Source: an uncultured delta proteobacterium
Lineage (GTDB): Bacteria > Myxococcota_A > Polyangia > Fen-1088
DNA: 64,000 bases
Assembly (NCBI GenBank): GCA_963767925.1
Contig: CAVYGB010000004.1
Location: 84,371 to 148,370 of the forward strand
Direction: 5' to 3'
Position 1 is the stretch's first letter. Each line of letters starts with the position of its first letter. Positions 34,499-43,610 of this stretch are shown here, piece by piece. The notes under the pieces are model-generated. The model made no database searches and was not told the DNA's origin. It was given only the letters and a program-made list of their open reading frames with translations. The translations under genes and the position numbers were made by a program.

Positions 34499-35086
34499 TC
34501 AGCCCGGCGGCTTGAGGACGACCAGGGTGGCGCCCCAGCCTCCCGCGTCTTCGGTCGCGCTCCGGAAGCTCTCGACCCGCGGGTCGCGCGCGAGCAGCGC
34601 CTGCACCGTGCGCCGCATCGCCCCCGTCCCCTTGCCGTGCACCACCCGCACCTGGAGCTGCCCCCGCTCCTGACAGCCGCCCAGGTACTCGGGCAAGAGC
34701 TCCCGCACCTCCGCCGGCTTGAACGTGTGCAGATCCAGCGTGCCGTCGAACGGCAACTCGGTGGCCTCGGGCTCGGCCGGGCGGCGGGCGCCCTCGGCCC
34801 CGACGACCACGGCCGCCTCTTCCGCTTCTTCCTGCGTCTCTTGCTGCGCCGCCGCGGCCGCGGCCGGCCGGGTCGGGGCGGGGCGCATGGTCCCCGCCAG
34901 GCAGGTGGGGCAAAAGGTGGGCTCGGGTCCCAGGTAGTGGCAGACCCGGCACTCGAACAGCTTCGAGGGCCCCGTCTCCTCCCGGATCGGCTTTTCCCGC
35001 GCCGTCTGCCGTTCCGCCTCCTCCTGACGCTGGGTGGCCGGATCGAACAGCTTCTTCAGGGACTCGACGATCGACACCTTACCCAT
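34499..35086 (-). CDS. Smr-domain protein with N-terminal zinc ribbon
   Basis: LDLH, VVHGKGTG, GGWGAT; CRVC..CPTC. Confidence 0.85.
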   Translation of the reverse strand: MGKVSIVESLKKLFDPATQRQEEAERQTAREKPIREETGPSKLFECRVCHYLGPEPTFCPTCLAGTMRPAPTRPAAAAAAQQETQEEAEEAAVVVGAEGARRPAEPEATELPFDGTLDLHTFKPAEVRELLPEYLGGCQERGQLQVRVVHGKGTGAMRRTVQALLARDPRVESFRSATEDAGGWGATLVVLKPPG

Positions 35087-35256
35087 CCAACCTCGCCCAC
35101 CTCCCGCCCATTCCAGCGGAGATCGCCGGGGGCAGAAACCCGGAAGCAACTTTTGCGGAGGAGAACCGACAAGGGGAGACGAGGGATCGCGGTCGATCCC
35201 TCCGGCTGGCGCGGCGGCGGGCAGGTGGGTGGGGCGTCGGCCCGGGCCTCGGTTCC

Positions 35257-35919
35257 ATGGACGTCCTCGCCCTCATCCTGACTTGTAGCGTCTACCCGGA
35301 CGATCATCTCGTCCGGGCGATGGTCGATCTCGCCAGTCAGGAGAACCCGCACTTCGTGGGGGATCTGGTGACCCTGGTGACCTTCAATCGCGCGCGCTCG
35401 GTCCCGGGGGCGCAGCGGATCGTGGCGGAGCTGGAGAAGCGCGGCGGCAAGCCGGTTGTGGGGCTGCTGGGCGTGCCGGTCTCGTGGGCCGCCCGGTTTC
35501 AGCGCACGCCCGCCGATCTCCTCGATGGCTGCGCCAATCTGAAGGTCGGGACCACGGTCCTGCAACGTCACTACGAAGCCTGCTCCGCCAGCCACTCCGC
35601 CCGGCCGGTGATCGGCCCCGCCCTCCCGCGCACCCGGGAGGCACCTCCGGAAGCCATCCGCGAATGTGCCCTACGCCGCTACGGCCAGGACCTCGGCATC
35701 GACGGCTACGCCGAGACCGTCCTCCGCTACTTCGCCCGCCAGCGCGTCCTGTTCAGCTCCGGCCAGGCCGCGGCGCCCCCCGATCCGGCCTGTCGCTGCA
35801 CCGAGGCTCCTCGTCCCGGCGCCGCCGCTTCCACCGTCCCTGCGCGCCCGGCCCGCCCCCCCGCCCCCCGCCGCCGCTCCGTCTCCCTCGGCCTGGGCGG
35901 CGCCCCCATCCTGGAATAG
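35257..35919 (+). CDS. VirB1-like lytic transglycosylase homologue, probably degenerate
   Basis: LILTCS, S.ENP, VGLLGV, LLDGCANLKVG..VL layout of VirB1/SLT. Confidence 0.55.
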   Translation: MDVLALILTCSVYPDDHLVRAMVDLASQENPHFVGDLVTLVTFNRARSVPGAQRIVAELEKRGGKPVVGLLGVPVSWAARFQRTPADLLDGCANLKVGTTVLQRHYEACSASHSARPVIGPALPRTREAPPEAIRECALRRYGQDLGIDGYAETVLRYFARQRVLFSSGQAAAPPDPACRCTEAPRPGAAASTVPARPARPPAPRRRSVSLGLGGAPILE

Positions 35920-36018
35920 CCGGGCCAGGATCAGCGGGCCAGGATCAGGCAGCCCGCTGCCTGTCTCGCCGCTGCCTCTCGCCTCGGCCCACGCCCGGCT
36001 GCGGCCGCAGGCCCGCGG

Positions 36019-36480
36019 CTACGGGATGTCGCGCAGGTTGCCGGGGGTGAAGACGCCGCTGGCGTCGAAGCAGCCGAACTCGGCCATCGCGCCCGCCACC
36101 AGGCTCAGCCCGCCCCGGGCCAGGGTGTAGACCATGCTCGTGGAAACCAGGGTGAGCTTGTTGCGCTCCACCTGGAACGACAGCACCAGCGGGTTGCGGT
36201 TGTCGGCGGCGCAGGTCGACCGCGTCTTGGTGAGCGTGATCTTGTCGTCGCTGATGAAAAACGTCCCCCGCGTGATCTCCAGCCCGACCCCCCCGGTGGT
36301 GAGCGCGCAGTAGCGCGAGAGATCGAAGGCGTCCGCCTGGAAGGACCAGGTCAGCGCGCAGGGATCGGTCTGCGGGTCACCCGACTTCCACTGCCCGTCC
36401 ATCGGGCTGCGCTCCTCGGCGCTGCCGCACGCGGCGGCCAGAAAAACCAGGGGCAACGACACCCGGATGGCCGACCTCAT
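36019..36480 (-). CDS. Lipoprotein, beta-rich
   Basis: Lipobox LAAAC; DGQW motif. Confidence 0.7.
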   Translation of the reverse strand: MRSAIRVSLPLVFLAAACGSAEERSPMDGQWKSGDPQTDPCALTWSFQADAFDLSRYCALTTGGVGLEITRGTFFISDDKITLTKTRSTCAADNRNPLVLSFQVERNKLTLVSTSMVYTLARGGLSLVAGAMAEFGCFDASGVFTPGNLRDIP

Positions 36481-36512
36481 GGCCGGTAGCTAATTCCCGG
36501 GTGCGCGAAAAG

Positions 36513-38348
36513 TCAATGTGCCATGGCACGCCCGGCCCGCGTCACCCGCGGCCGGTTGACCACCTTGGGCTTGCGGGCGGGCACCCGGCGGAGCTCGCGC
36601 GTGCGGACCCGGGGCGCCTCGTCTGCCTCGGCCATCTCGGGCCCGGGCGCCAGCGCGCGAGGAGGGAGCGGCGCGGACGGGTCGGCGACGGCCAGCGTCT
36701 CGATCGTCACGCCGGACGTGCGTCCGCTCGCCGAGCCCCCGAGCGAGGGCGGCAACGCCGGCGACACCTGGAGCTGCTGCCAGACCGCCCCGGCCACGAA
36801 CGCCATCATGCCGATCACCGCGCCCTGGGCGACAACCCGCACGCTCCGCCCGCGCAGCAGCGCGAGCAGCGAGGCGGCCGCCGTCCGGGGAGAGGCGACC
36901 CGACCGGGACGGGCCGGCGCTGCCGGAGACATCGGCCGGGCCAGCGGGCGGGGCTGGGGGCGGGCCGGCGCGCCGGGCAGGGCACCGGGAAAAACCCCGG
37001 GGATCGGCTGGTCGATCGCGGTCTGGTCCGCCGGCTCGTCGGCCACCGCGATCGCCACCTCCGGCGGGCGGCCGCCCGCGCGCGCCGGCGCCTCGGCGAT
37101 CGCGCGCGCCATCGCGCTGGCCAGGGCGGCCGGCTGCGCCTGCCCCGGCTTGTTGCCCCGCTGGCGCAGCAGCGCCGTCAGCGCGGGCACCACCCGGGTG
37201 ATCGGCCGCTTGGCCGGCAAGTGGGTCGGCAGCACGGTACGGGAAGTCGAGGCCGGCCGGGGCAGCGAATCGCGCGCGTTCATCCCCCCGCGGGCCATCG
37301 CCGCCAGCGCGCGCATCGAATCGTCCGGCGCCGGCAGCAGGGTCGACAGCATCCGCTGCACGTCCTCGGCGCTCTTGCGGCGACGCGAGGGCGCACGTTC
37401 GAGGAGCTGCATGATCAGCCCGTCGAGCGCCGGCGGCACGTCGGCCCGGATCTGGGAGGGCCGGGCCACCGTGTTGGCCGTGCTGGCGACGGTGGGGAAG
37501 AGCGGCTGCGAGCAGACCAGCTCCCAGAGCATCACGCCGAGCGCGTACAGGTCGCTGCGGGCGTCGCCCGGCACCCCGGCGAGCTGCTCGGGCGCATGGT
37601 AGACGGGGCGGGCCCGGGTGAGGCTGTTCGAGCCCGCGCTGCCGCGGGTGACGAAGCTGACGATGCGGGCCGCGCCGAAGCCGACCAGCTTGATCTCACC
37701 GGTGCGCAGGACCGCGACGTTGCTCGGGCGCAGATCCCCGTGGCTGAGCAGGAGCGGGCGGCCGTTGCCGTCGTCGACCCCGTGGCCGTAGGCCAGGCCG
37801 GCCGCCACCTCGCGCCCCACGTAGACCGCGACCTCGAGCGGCAGGCGCTGGCGCTGCGCCCGCCGGGCCGACGCGACGTGGGCCAGGGTCAACCCGTCGA
37901 GGTATTCGAGCGCCAGGTAGGGCACCCCTTCGATCGCTCCGGCGGCGTGGGCCCGCACGACGTTGGGGTGGCGGAGCAGCCCCATGGTGCGGACCTCGCT
38001 GGCGAACATGCGGGCGAAGGCCGGCGATCCGGTCAGCTCGCGGGGCAGCAGGCGCAGCAGGCACAGCCGCTCGCCGCTGGTGCGCGCGTCGGACCAGAGC
38101 GCGTGATACTGCTCGACCGAATCGGTGGCCGGCACCCGCTGTATCAGACGAAACGGCCCGAAGCGGGTGGGCGCCCCGGCGTTGCTGACGCCGCTGACGC
38201 TGCCGTTGCCGGCGGTGGTGCTGACGCCACTGACGCTGCCACCCGTGTTGCCGACGCCGCCTGGTCCCCGGACCACGGCCACCGACGTGGATCGCCGGGA
38301 AGGCCGCTCGGGCAAAACTGACGGCAAGCTCGAAGGCTGAGTAGCCAC
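36513..38348 (-). CDS. Membrane Ser/Thr kinase-like protein (likely pseudokinase)
   Basis: LRHPNVV, HGDLRPSN, APEQ, DARSDLYALG; TM near C-terminus. Confidence 0.8.
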   Translation of the reverse strand: MATQPSSLPSVLPERPSRRSTSVAVVRGPGGVGNTGGSVSGVSTTAGNGSVSGVSNAGAPTRFGPFRLIQRVPATDSVEQYHALWSDARTSGERLCLLRLLPRELTGSPAFARMFASEVRTMGLLRHPNVVRAHAAGAIEGVPYLALEYLDGLTLAHVASARRAQRQRLPLEVAVYVGREVAAGLAYGHGVDDGNGRPLLLSHGDLRPSNVAVLRTGEIKLVGFGAARIVSFVTRGSAGSNSLTRARPVYHAPEQLAGVPGDARSDLYALGVMLWELVCSQPLFPTVASTANTVARPSQIRADVPPALDGLIMQLLERAPSRRRKSAEDVQRMLSTLLPAPDDSMRALAAMARGGMNARDSLPRPASTSRTVLPTHLPAKRPITRVVPALTALLRQRGNKPGQAQPAALASAMARAIAEAPARAGGRPPEVAIAVADEPADQTAIDQPIPGVFPGALPGAPARPQPRPLARPMSPAAPARPGRVASPRTAAASLLALLRGRSVRVVAQGAVIGMMAFVAGAVWQQLQVSPALPPSLGGSASGRTSGVTIETLAVADPSAPLPPRALAPGPEMAEADEAPRVRTRELRRVPARKPKVVNRPRVTRAGRAMAH

Positions 38349-38535
38349 CTGAACCGTCAGTGTACGCGTTCACCCCCTACAGCTCAATCCCGCTTTGTGT
38401 TTTGTACCACTATCGTATCGGCCCAAGTAATGCCCCCTTACGGGCGCTTCCTCGAGCGGGTTCCTACCGGAAGGTAAGTTGCGTCGACGTGGAGGTGTAT
38501 TGCAGCAGGTGAGGGATTGGTGACATTCTCCGACC

Positions 38536-39480
38536 ATGCAACGGGGTGCCCGCTTCCTCGTCGCCCTGCCGGCCTCCAGCGTAACGGCCGCCGCCCTCCG
38601 GGGCACCGTCCTGCTTGCCGCGCTGGCAGCGGGGTGCGTCGACCTGGCGCGCCCACCCGAGCTGGTGCTCCTCGCTCCCGACTCCGGCGCGGGCGGTGCC
38701 GGAGGATCCGGTCCGCCGGTCCGCCTCGACGGCCCGTCGCCCTCGCCCTCGGGCAACGACCCGGACGGCGGCCCCGACGTTCCCGCCGTCGAGGGACCCG
38801 GGCCCGACGCCGCCCTCCCGATCGGCGACGCCCCGCGCGCAGACGACGCGCCCGCTCCGGCAGGCTCCGACGGGGGCGTGACCGACGCGCCTGCCTCCGA
38901 GGTCCCAGCCTCCTCCGACGCGGCCGGTCCCGAGGCTGCGCGCCCCTCCGATGCCGCCTTGCCACCGGACGCGCCCCCACCGGCGCCCGACACCGCGCCG
39001 CCGCCGCCCGATGCCGCTCCGCCCGACACCGGCCCGCCCGCGCTGGTGATCGACAACTTCCAGGATGGCGATCCCGCTCGCAACACGCTGGCCGGGTCGG
39101 TGATCACCGCCAACCAGATCGTCGCGATGACCGCTGGCGAGGGCCGCTTCGTCTGGAATGGCGCCGGCCGCTCGCAGGACTTCGCCGAATACCTCCGGGC
39201 GGACGGCTGCGGGCAGGACACGCGCATCTACCGGACCCTGCGCTTTCGCATGCGGGCCTCGGTCCCCAACAAGATGGTCTTTCTCGTCATGGGTCGGGCC
39301 AACGCGACCTGCGCCCTCGCCGGCAACACGGACATCGGCAACGTCACGCTCGGCACGACCATGGCGACTTACGACATCGATCTGACCAGTTTTGCTCGTG
39401 AGGGCGTCGGCTTTTTCCAATGGGTCGCGGTTCCGGACGCCACGGTCTATTTCATAGACGATATCGAGCTGATTCCGTGA
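38536..39480 (+). CDS. Lipoprotein with Pro/Asp linker and CBM-like C-terminal domain
   Basis: Lipobox AAGC; LVIDNF...YFIDDIEL jelly-roll-type termini. Confidence 0.65.
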   Translation: MQRGARFLVALPASSVTAAALRGTVLLAALAAGCVDLARPPELVLLAPDSGAGGAGGSGPPVRLDGPSPSPSGNDPDGGPDVPAVEGPGPDAALPIGDAPRADDAPAPAGSDGGVTDAPASEVPASSDAAGPEAARPSDAALPPDAPPPAPDTAPPPPDAAPPDTGPPALVIDNFQDGDPARNTLAGSVITANQIVAMTAGEGRFVWNGAGRSQDFAEYLRADGCGQDTRIYRTLRFRMRASVPNKMVFLVMGRANATCALAGNTDIGNVTLGTTMATYDIDLTSFAREGVGFFQWVAVPDATVYFIDDIELIP

Positions 39481-39590
39481 TCGCCTAACACGTCGTGTTC
39501 TCGAGACCGGTCGGGTAACGAGACGGAAGCCTGCTTCTGCGCGGCGCCTTCTTGTAGAGTGCGTCCCGTTTTTCCCGCAGAGGAGTCGCC

Positions 39591-42260
39591 ATGACGAGAG
39601 CTTCCCGACTCGCCCCTTTCCTCGCCATTTTTGTCGCGATCTGGTGCTGGTCAGGCACCGTCGCCGCCCGAAGCCTGGGAGCCGCCTCGGGTCCCAGCCG
39701 CGTGCTGCTCGATTCCGCCTGGGATCTGCAGACCTCCGCCAACGTGCGGTCGACCGGCGCGGAGCTGTCGACCGCGGCGTTCACGCCCAACGCCTGGCAC
39801 ACCGTCGCCGTGCCCACCACGGTGGTGGCCGCGCTGGTCAAGAACGGCATCTTTCCCGATCCGTACTTCGGGATGAACATCCGCGCGATCCCGGGCACGA
39901 CCTACAAGGTTGGCTCCAACTTCTCCAACGCGGATATGGCCAAGGACAGCCCCTTCTCGGTGCCCTGGTGGTACCGCAAGGAGTTCAAGCTGCCGGCCAG
40001 CCACAAGGGCAAGACCACCTGGTTGACCTTCGAGGCCCTGAACTTCCGGGCCAACATCTGGGTCAACGGCAAGCAGGTCGGCAGCGCCAGCGACGTCGCC
40101 GGCTCCTGGCGACGCTTCGAGATCGACGTGACCGCCGCGGTGAAGCCAGGCGCGCTCAACGCCCTGGCGGTCGAGGTGTTCCCCCAGAAGAAGGACGACC
40201 TCGGCATCACCTTCGTCGACTGGAACCCGGTCCCGCCCGACAAGAACATGGGCCTGTGGCGCGAGGTCTACCTGACCGCGAGCGGCCCGGTCTCGGTCCG
40301 CCACCCGGCGGTCTTCACCAAGCTGAACCCGCCCGCCAACGACAACGCCGATCTCACGGTGGCGGCGGTCCTGCGCAACGCCAGCGACAAGCCGATCACC
40401 GGCAAGCTGCGCGGCCGCATCGATCGCCTGCGCTTCGAGCAGGAGGTCACGCTGGCCCCCGGCGAGAGCAAGGACGTGGCCTTCGAGCCGGCGAAGTTCC
40501 CCCAGCTCAAGATGTCGCGCCCGCGCCTCTGGTGGCCGGCCCAGATGGGCACCCCCCACCTCTACGACGTGCGCCTGGACTTCGTGGTCAGCGGCCGGAC
40601 CTCGGACTGGGCGGCGGCCCCCTTCGGCGTGCGCGAGGTGCAGTCGGAGCTGGACGCCGAGAAGCGGCGGTTCTTCACCGTCAACGGCAAGAAGGTCCTC
40701 ATCCGGGGCGGCGGCTGGTCCTCCGACATGATGATGCGGGCCGATGCCAAGCGGCACGAGGACGAGCTCCGCTACGTCCTCGACATGAAGCTCAACACCG
40801 TCCGGCTGGAGGGGAAGATCGAGACCGATCACTTCCTCGACTACGCCGACCGCCACGGCATCCTCGTGATGGCCGGCTGGTGCTGCTGCGACCACTGGGA
40901 GAAGTGGGACCGCTGGAAGCCCGAGGACTACACCATCGCCGCCGAGTCGCAGCGCGATCAGCTCCTGCGGCTGCGCCGGCACCCCAGCGTGTTCGTCTGG
41001 CTCAACGCCAGCGACATCCCCCCTCCCGCCCCGGTCGAGAAGCGCTACCTCGAGGTGGCCTCGGCGGTGCGCTGGCCCAACCCCACCATCTCCTCGGCCG
41101 CGATGAAGAAGGCCGAGCTCACCGGCGACAGCGGGGTCAAGATGCAGGGGCCCTACGAATGGGTCCCTCCCGTGTACTGGCTGGAGGACACCAAGAAGGG
41201 CGGGGCTTACGGCTTCAACACCGAGACGAGCCCGGGCCCGGCGGTGCCGCCCATCGAGAGCCTGCGCCGCATGTTGCCGCCCGACAAGCTGTGGCCCATC
41301 AACGAATACTGGGACTTTCACGCCGGCGGCGGGCAGTTCAGCAACATCAAGGTGCACACCGACGCCCTCACCGCCCGCTACGGCGAGGCCAAGTCGGCCG
41401 AGGAGTACACCTTCAAGTCGCAGCTCATGGCCTATGAGGGCATCCGGGCGATGTTCGAGGCCTTCAGCCGCAACAAGTACACCTCCACCGGCGTGATCCA
41501 GTGGATGCTCAACAACGCCTGGCCCAGCGTCATCTGGCACCTCTACGATCACTACCTGCGCCCCGGCGGCGGGTACTTCGGGGCCAAGAAGGCCAACCAG
41601 GATCTCCTGCCGCTCTATTCACCCACCGACGGCTCGATCTGGGCGGTCAACAGCACCTACCGGGACGTCAAGGGGCTCAAGCTGCGGGCCCGTCTGCTCA
41701 ACCTCGACATGGCCGAGAAGTTCTCCAAGGAGGAGAGCTTCGAGCTGGCCGCCGACGGCACCAAGAACCTGCTCACCATCCCGAAGAATCTGCCCGGGGT
41801 GACCTCCACCCACTTCGTGCACCTCGCGATCTTCGACAGCAAGGGGGCCGAGGTGGGCAGCAACTTCTACTGGCTGTCGACCAAGCCGGAGACCCTGGTC
41901 CACGACAAGGCCAAGTGGTACGTCACGCCCACCAGCAGCCTGGCCGACTTCACCGCGCTGTCGCAGCTCCCCCAGGTGACGCTGAAGGTGCAGAGCCGGT
42001 CGCAGCGCCAGGGCCAGCGCGGCCTGACCCGGGTGGTGCTGGAGAACCCCAGCCGCAGCCTGGCCTTCTTCGTGCGGCTCAAGGTGAACAAGGGCAAGGG
42101 GGGCGACGAGGTCCTGCCCGTCCTCTGGGAGGACAACTACGTCTCGTTGCTGCCCGGCGAAAAGCGCGAGCTCGAGGCCAGCTACCGCACCGCCGACCTG
42201 GAGGGCACCCGCCCCGAGGTCGAGGTGACCGGCTGGAACATCACCACGGTGCTGATGTAG
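39591..42260 (+). CDS. GH2 glycoside hydrolase, exo-beta-D-glucosaminidase (CsxA-like)
   Basis: Signal peptide; DWNPVPPDKNMGLWR, NTVRLEGK, GWCCCDHWE, WLNASD, NTETSPG, WMLNNAWPS. Confidence 0.88.
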   Translation: MTRASRLAPFLAIFVAIWCWSGTVAARSLGAASGPSRVLLDSAWDLQTSANVRSTGAELSTAAFTPNAWHTVAVPTTVVAALVKNGIFPDPYFGMNIRAIPGTTYKVGSNFSNADMAKDSPFSVPWWYRKEFKLPASHKGKTTWLTFEALNFRANIWVNGKQVGSASDVAGSWRRFEIDVTAAVKPGALNALAVEVFPQKKDDLGITFVDWNPVPPDKNMGLWREVYLTASGPVSVRHPAVFTKLNPPANDNADLTVAAVLRNASDKPITGKLRGRIDRLRFEQEVTLAPGESKDVAFEPAKFPQLKMSRPRLWWPAQMGTPHLYDVRLDFVVSGRTSDWAAAPFGVREVQSELDAEKRRFFTVNGKKVLIRGGGWSSDMMMRADAKRHEDELRYVLDMKLNTVRLEGKIETDHFLDYADRHGILVMAGWCCCDHWEKWDRWKPEDYTIAAESQRDQLLRLRRHPSVFVWLNASDIPPPAPVEKRYLEVASAVRWPNPTISSAAMKKAELTGDSGVKMQGPYEWVPPVYWLEDTKKGGAYGFNTETSPGPAVPPIESLRRMLPPDKLWPINEYWDFHAGGGQFSNIKVHTDALTARYGEAKSAEEYTFKSQLMAYEGIRAMFEAFSRNKYTSTGVIQWMLNNAWPSVIWHLYDHYLRPGGGYFGAKKANQDLLPLYSPTDGSIWAVNSTYRDVKGLKLRARLLNLDMAEKFSKEESFELAADGTKNLLTIPKNLPGVTSTHFVHLAIFDSKGAEVGSNFYWLSTKPETLVHDKAKWYVTPTSSLADFTALSQLPQVTLKVQSRSQRQGQRGLTRVVLENPSRSLAFFVRLKVNKGKGGDEVLPVLWEDNYVSLLPGEKRELEASYRTADLEGTRPEVEVTGWNITTVLM

Positions 42261-42339
42261 GCGCAGGCGCGCTCCGCGGGAGCCCCGAGGCGGGCGCCAG
42301 GCAAGGGCCGGCGCCCGCCAGATGCGCTACCCTTGGGGC

Positions 42340-42939
42340 GTGGTGGCGCGGGCGGGTCGAGCGGGCAGGGCGCTGGTCCAGGGGCTGGCGCTGGCGGCGG
42401 CGCTGGCGCTGGTTGCCGGCGGCTGTGACAGCAACGGCGGCGAGCAGAAGGTCGACGCCATCGTCGACCGGCCGGTAGAGTTCGACGCCCGGGTCGAAGG
42501 CCCCGACGGCGGCGAGCCCGACGGGCCGCCCGACCGCGCGGACGCCGGCCCCGACGCCCCGGACGACGCCGAGCCCGACGGCCCCATCGACACCCGCATC
42601 TTCCCCGACGTGATGCCCGCCGAGCTGGTGCTGACCCCGGCCTCCTTCGACTTCGAGGCCGTCACCGTCGGCGCCACCGCCAGCCACACCTTCCAGCTCG
42701 AGAACGTCGGCCAGGTCGGCTCCGGCACCCCCGACATCCGGGTCTCCGGCGCGACCGACGACAACTTCCACGTCATCGCCAACGGCTGCCAGACCTCGCT
42801 CGACCCCCACACCTCCTGCACCATCGAGGTGGAGTTCGCCCCCTCGGCCACCGGTGACCAGGGCGCCCTGCTGGAGGCAGAGGCGTCCCCCGGGGGCCGG
42901 GTATCCTCGCAGCTCGAGGGCACGGGCGCGCCGCCCTAG
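42340..42939 (+). CDS. Lipoprotein with Ig-like (choice-of-anchor D/ASH-like) domain
   Basis: Lipobox AGGC; DF..VTVG, LENVG, NGC..L..SCTIEVEFAP. Confidence 0.7.
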   Translation: MVARAGRAGRALVQGLALAAALALVAGGCDSNGGEQKVDAIVDRPVEFDARVEGPDGGEPDGPPDRADAGPDAPDDAEPDGPIDTRIFPDVMPAELVLTPASFDFEAVTVGATASHTFQLENVGQVGSGTPDIRVSGATDDNFHVIANGCQTSLDPHTSCTIEVEFAPSATGDQGALLEAEASPGGRVSSQLEGTGAPP

Positions 42940-43027
42940 AACGCCGAACGGTTTGAAAGTGCAGTAAACAAGCGGCCTTCCGGAGCGGGACGCAGGCGTC
43001 GAGGCTGCGATCGATCACCTCGAGGTT

Positions 43028-43459
43028 GTGGACGGCGGCTGCGCGCCTGAGGTCGAAGAGGTTCTTGCGGGTTCCGCAGTATCGGGCGCGATTGCCCTGC
43101 CTACGCCCGAGGTGGGCGAGGCGAAGCTCGACGGCGCCCTGAACTACTTCCGGCACCATCGAGGGCGTATGCGCTACACCAGCTTCGCCCGCAGGAGGAT
43201 GCCCATCGGCTCCGGCATCGTTGAGGCCGCGTGCAAAACCCTGGTCACCCAGCGCCTCAAGCGTTCGGGCATGCGCTGGCGGCACCCGGGCGGCCAAGCG
43301 ATTCTCACATTGCTTGCCCTCGAGCAGAGCGGCCGTTTCGATCGCGCCTGGAAGATCCTCGCGGCTACCTACCGGCACGATGATCGACTGCCCGAGAACA
43401 TCGTCGACATCCGCTCAGGCAAGAGACCCAATTGACCCGTCAGGATGGGACCTGCACCC
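43028..43459 (+). mobile_element. ISKra4-family transposase 3' remnant with right end
   Basis: YF..HRGRMRY, PIGSGIVEAACK, RLKRSGMRW; ends ...gcaccc at 43459; 5' part missing. Confidence 0.75.
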
Positions 43460-43610
43460 TCGCGGGGGATGCGCCCGGTGGTGTCGTGCTTGCGGGCGTG
43501 ATATTCGCCGCTCAGCCATGCCCAGTGCAGACTCCAACCTTTACTTGCGGCGCAGCCACGATGGCAGCTGTAGCCGGCCATAGATTTCCGAGGAATTTTG
43601 ACCCCCGGGA

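Noticed and set aside
35257..35919. Conjugation/T4SS locus
   Set aside because: No other vir/trb genes, relaxase or coupling protein in the window.
35921..35949. 14-bp direct repeat cgggccaggatcag
   Set aside because: Two copies only; likely local slippage.
38180..38243. Short duplication encoding GSVSGVS twice
   Set aside because: Low-complexity linker; no evidence of separate function.
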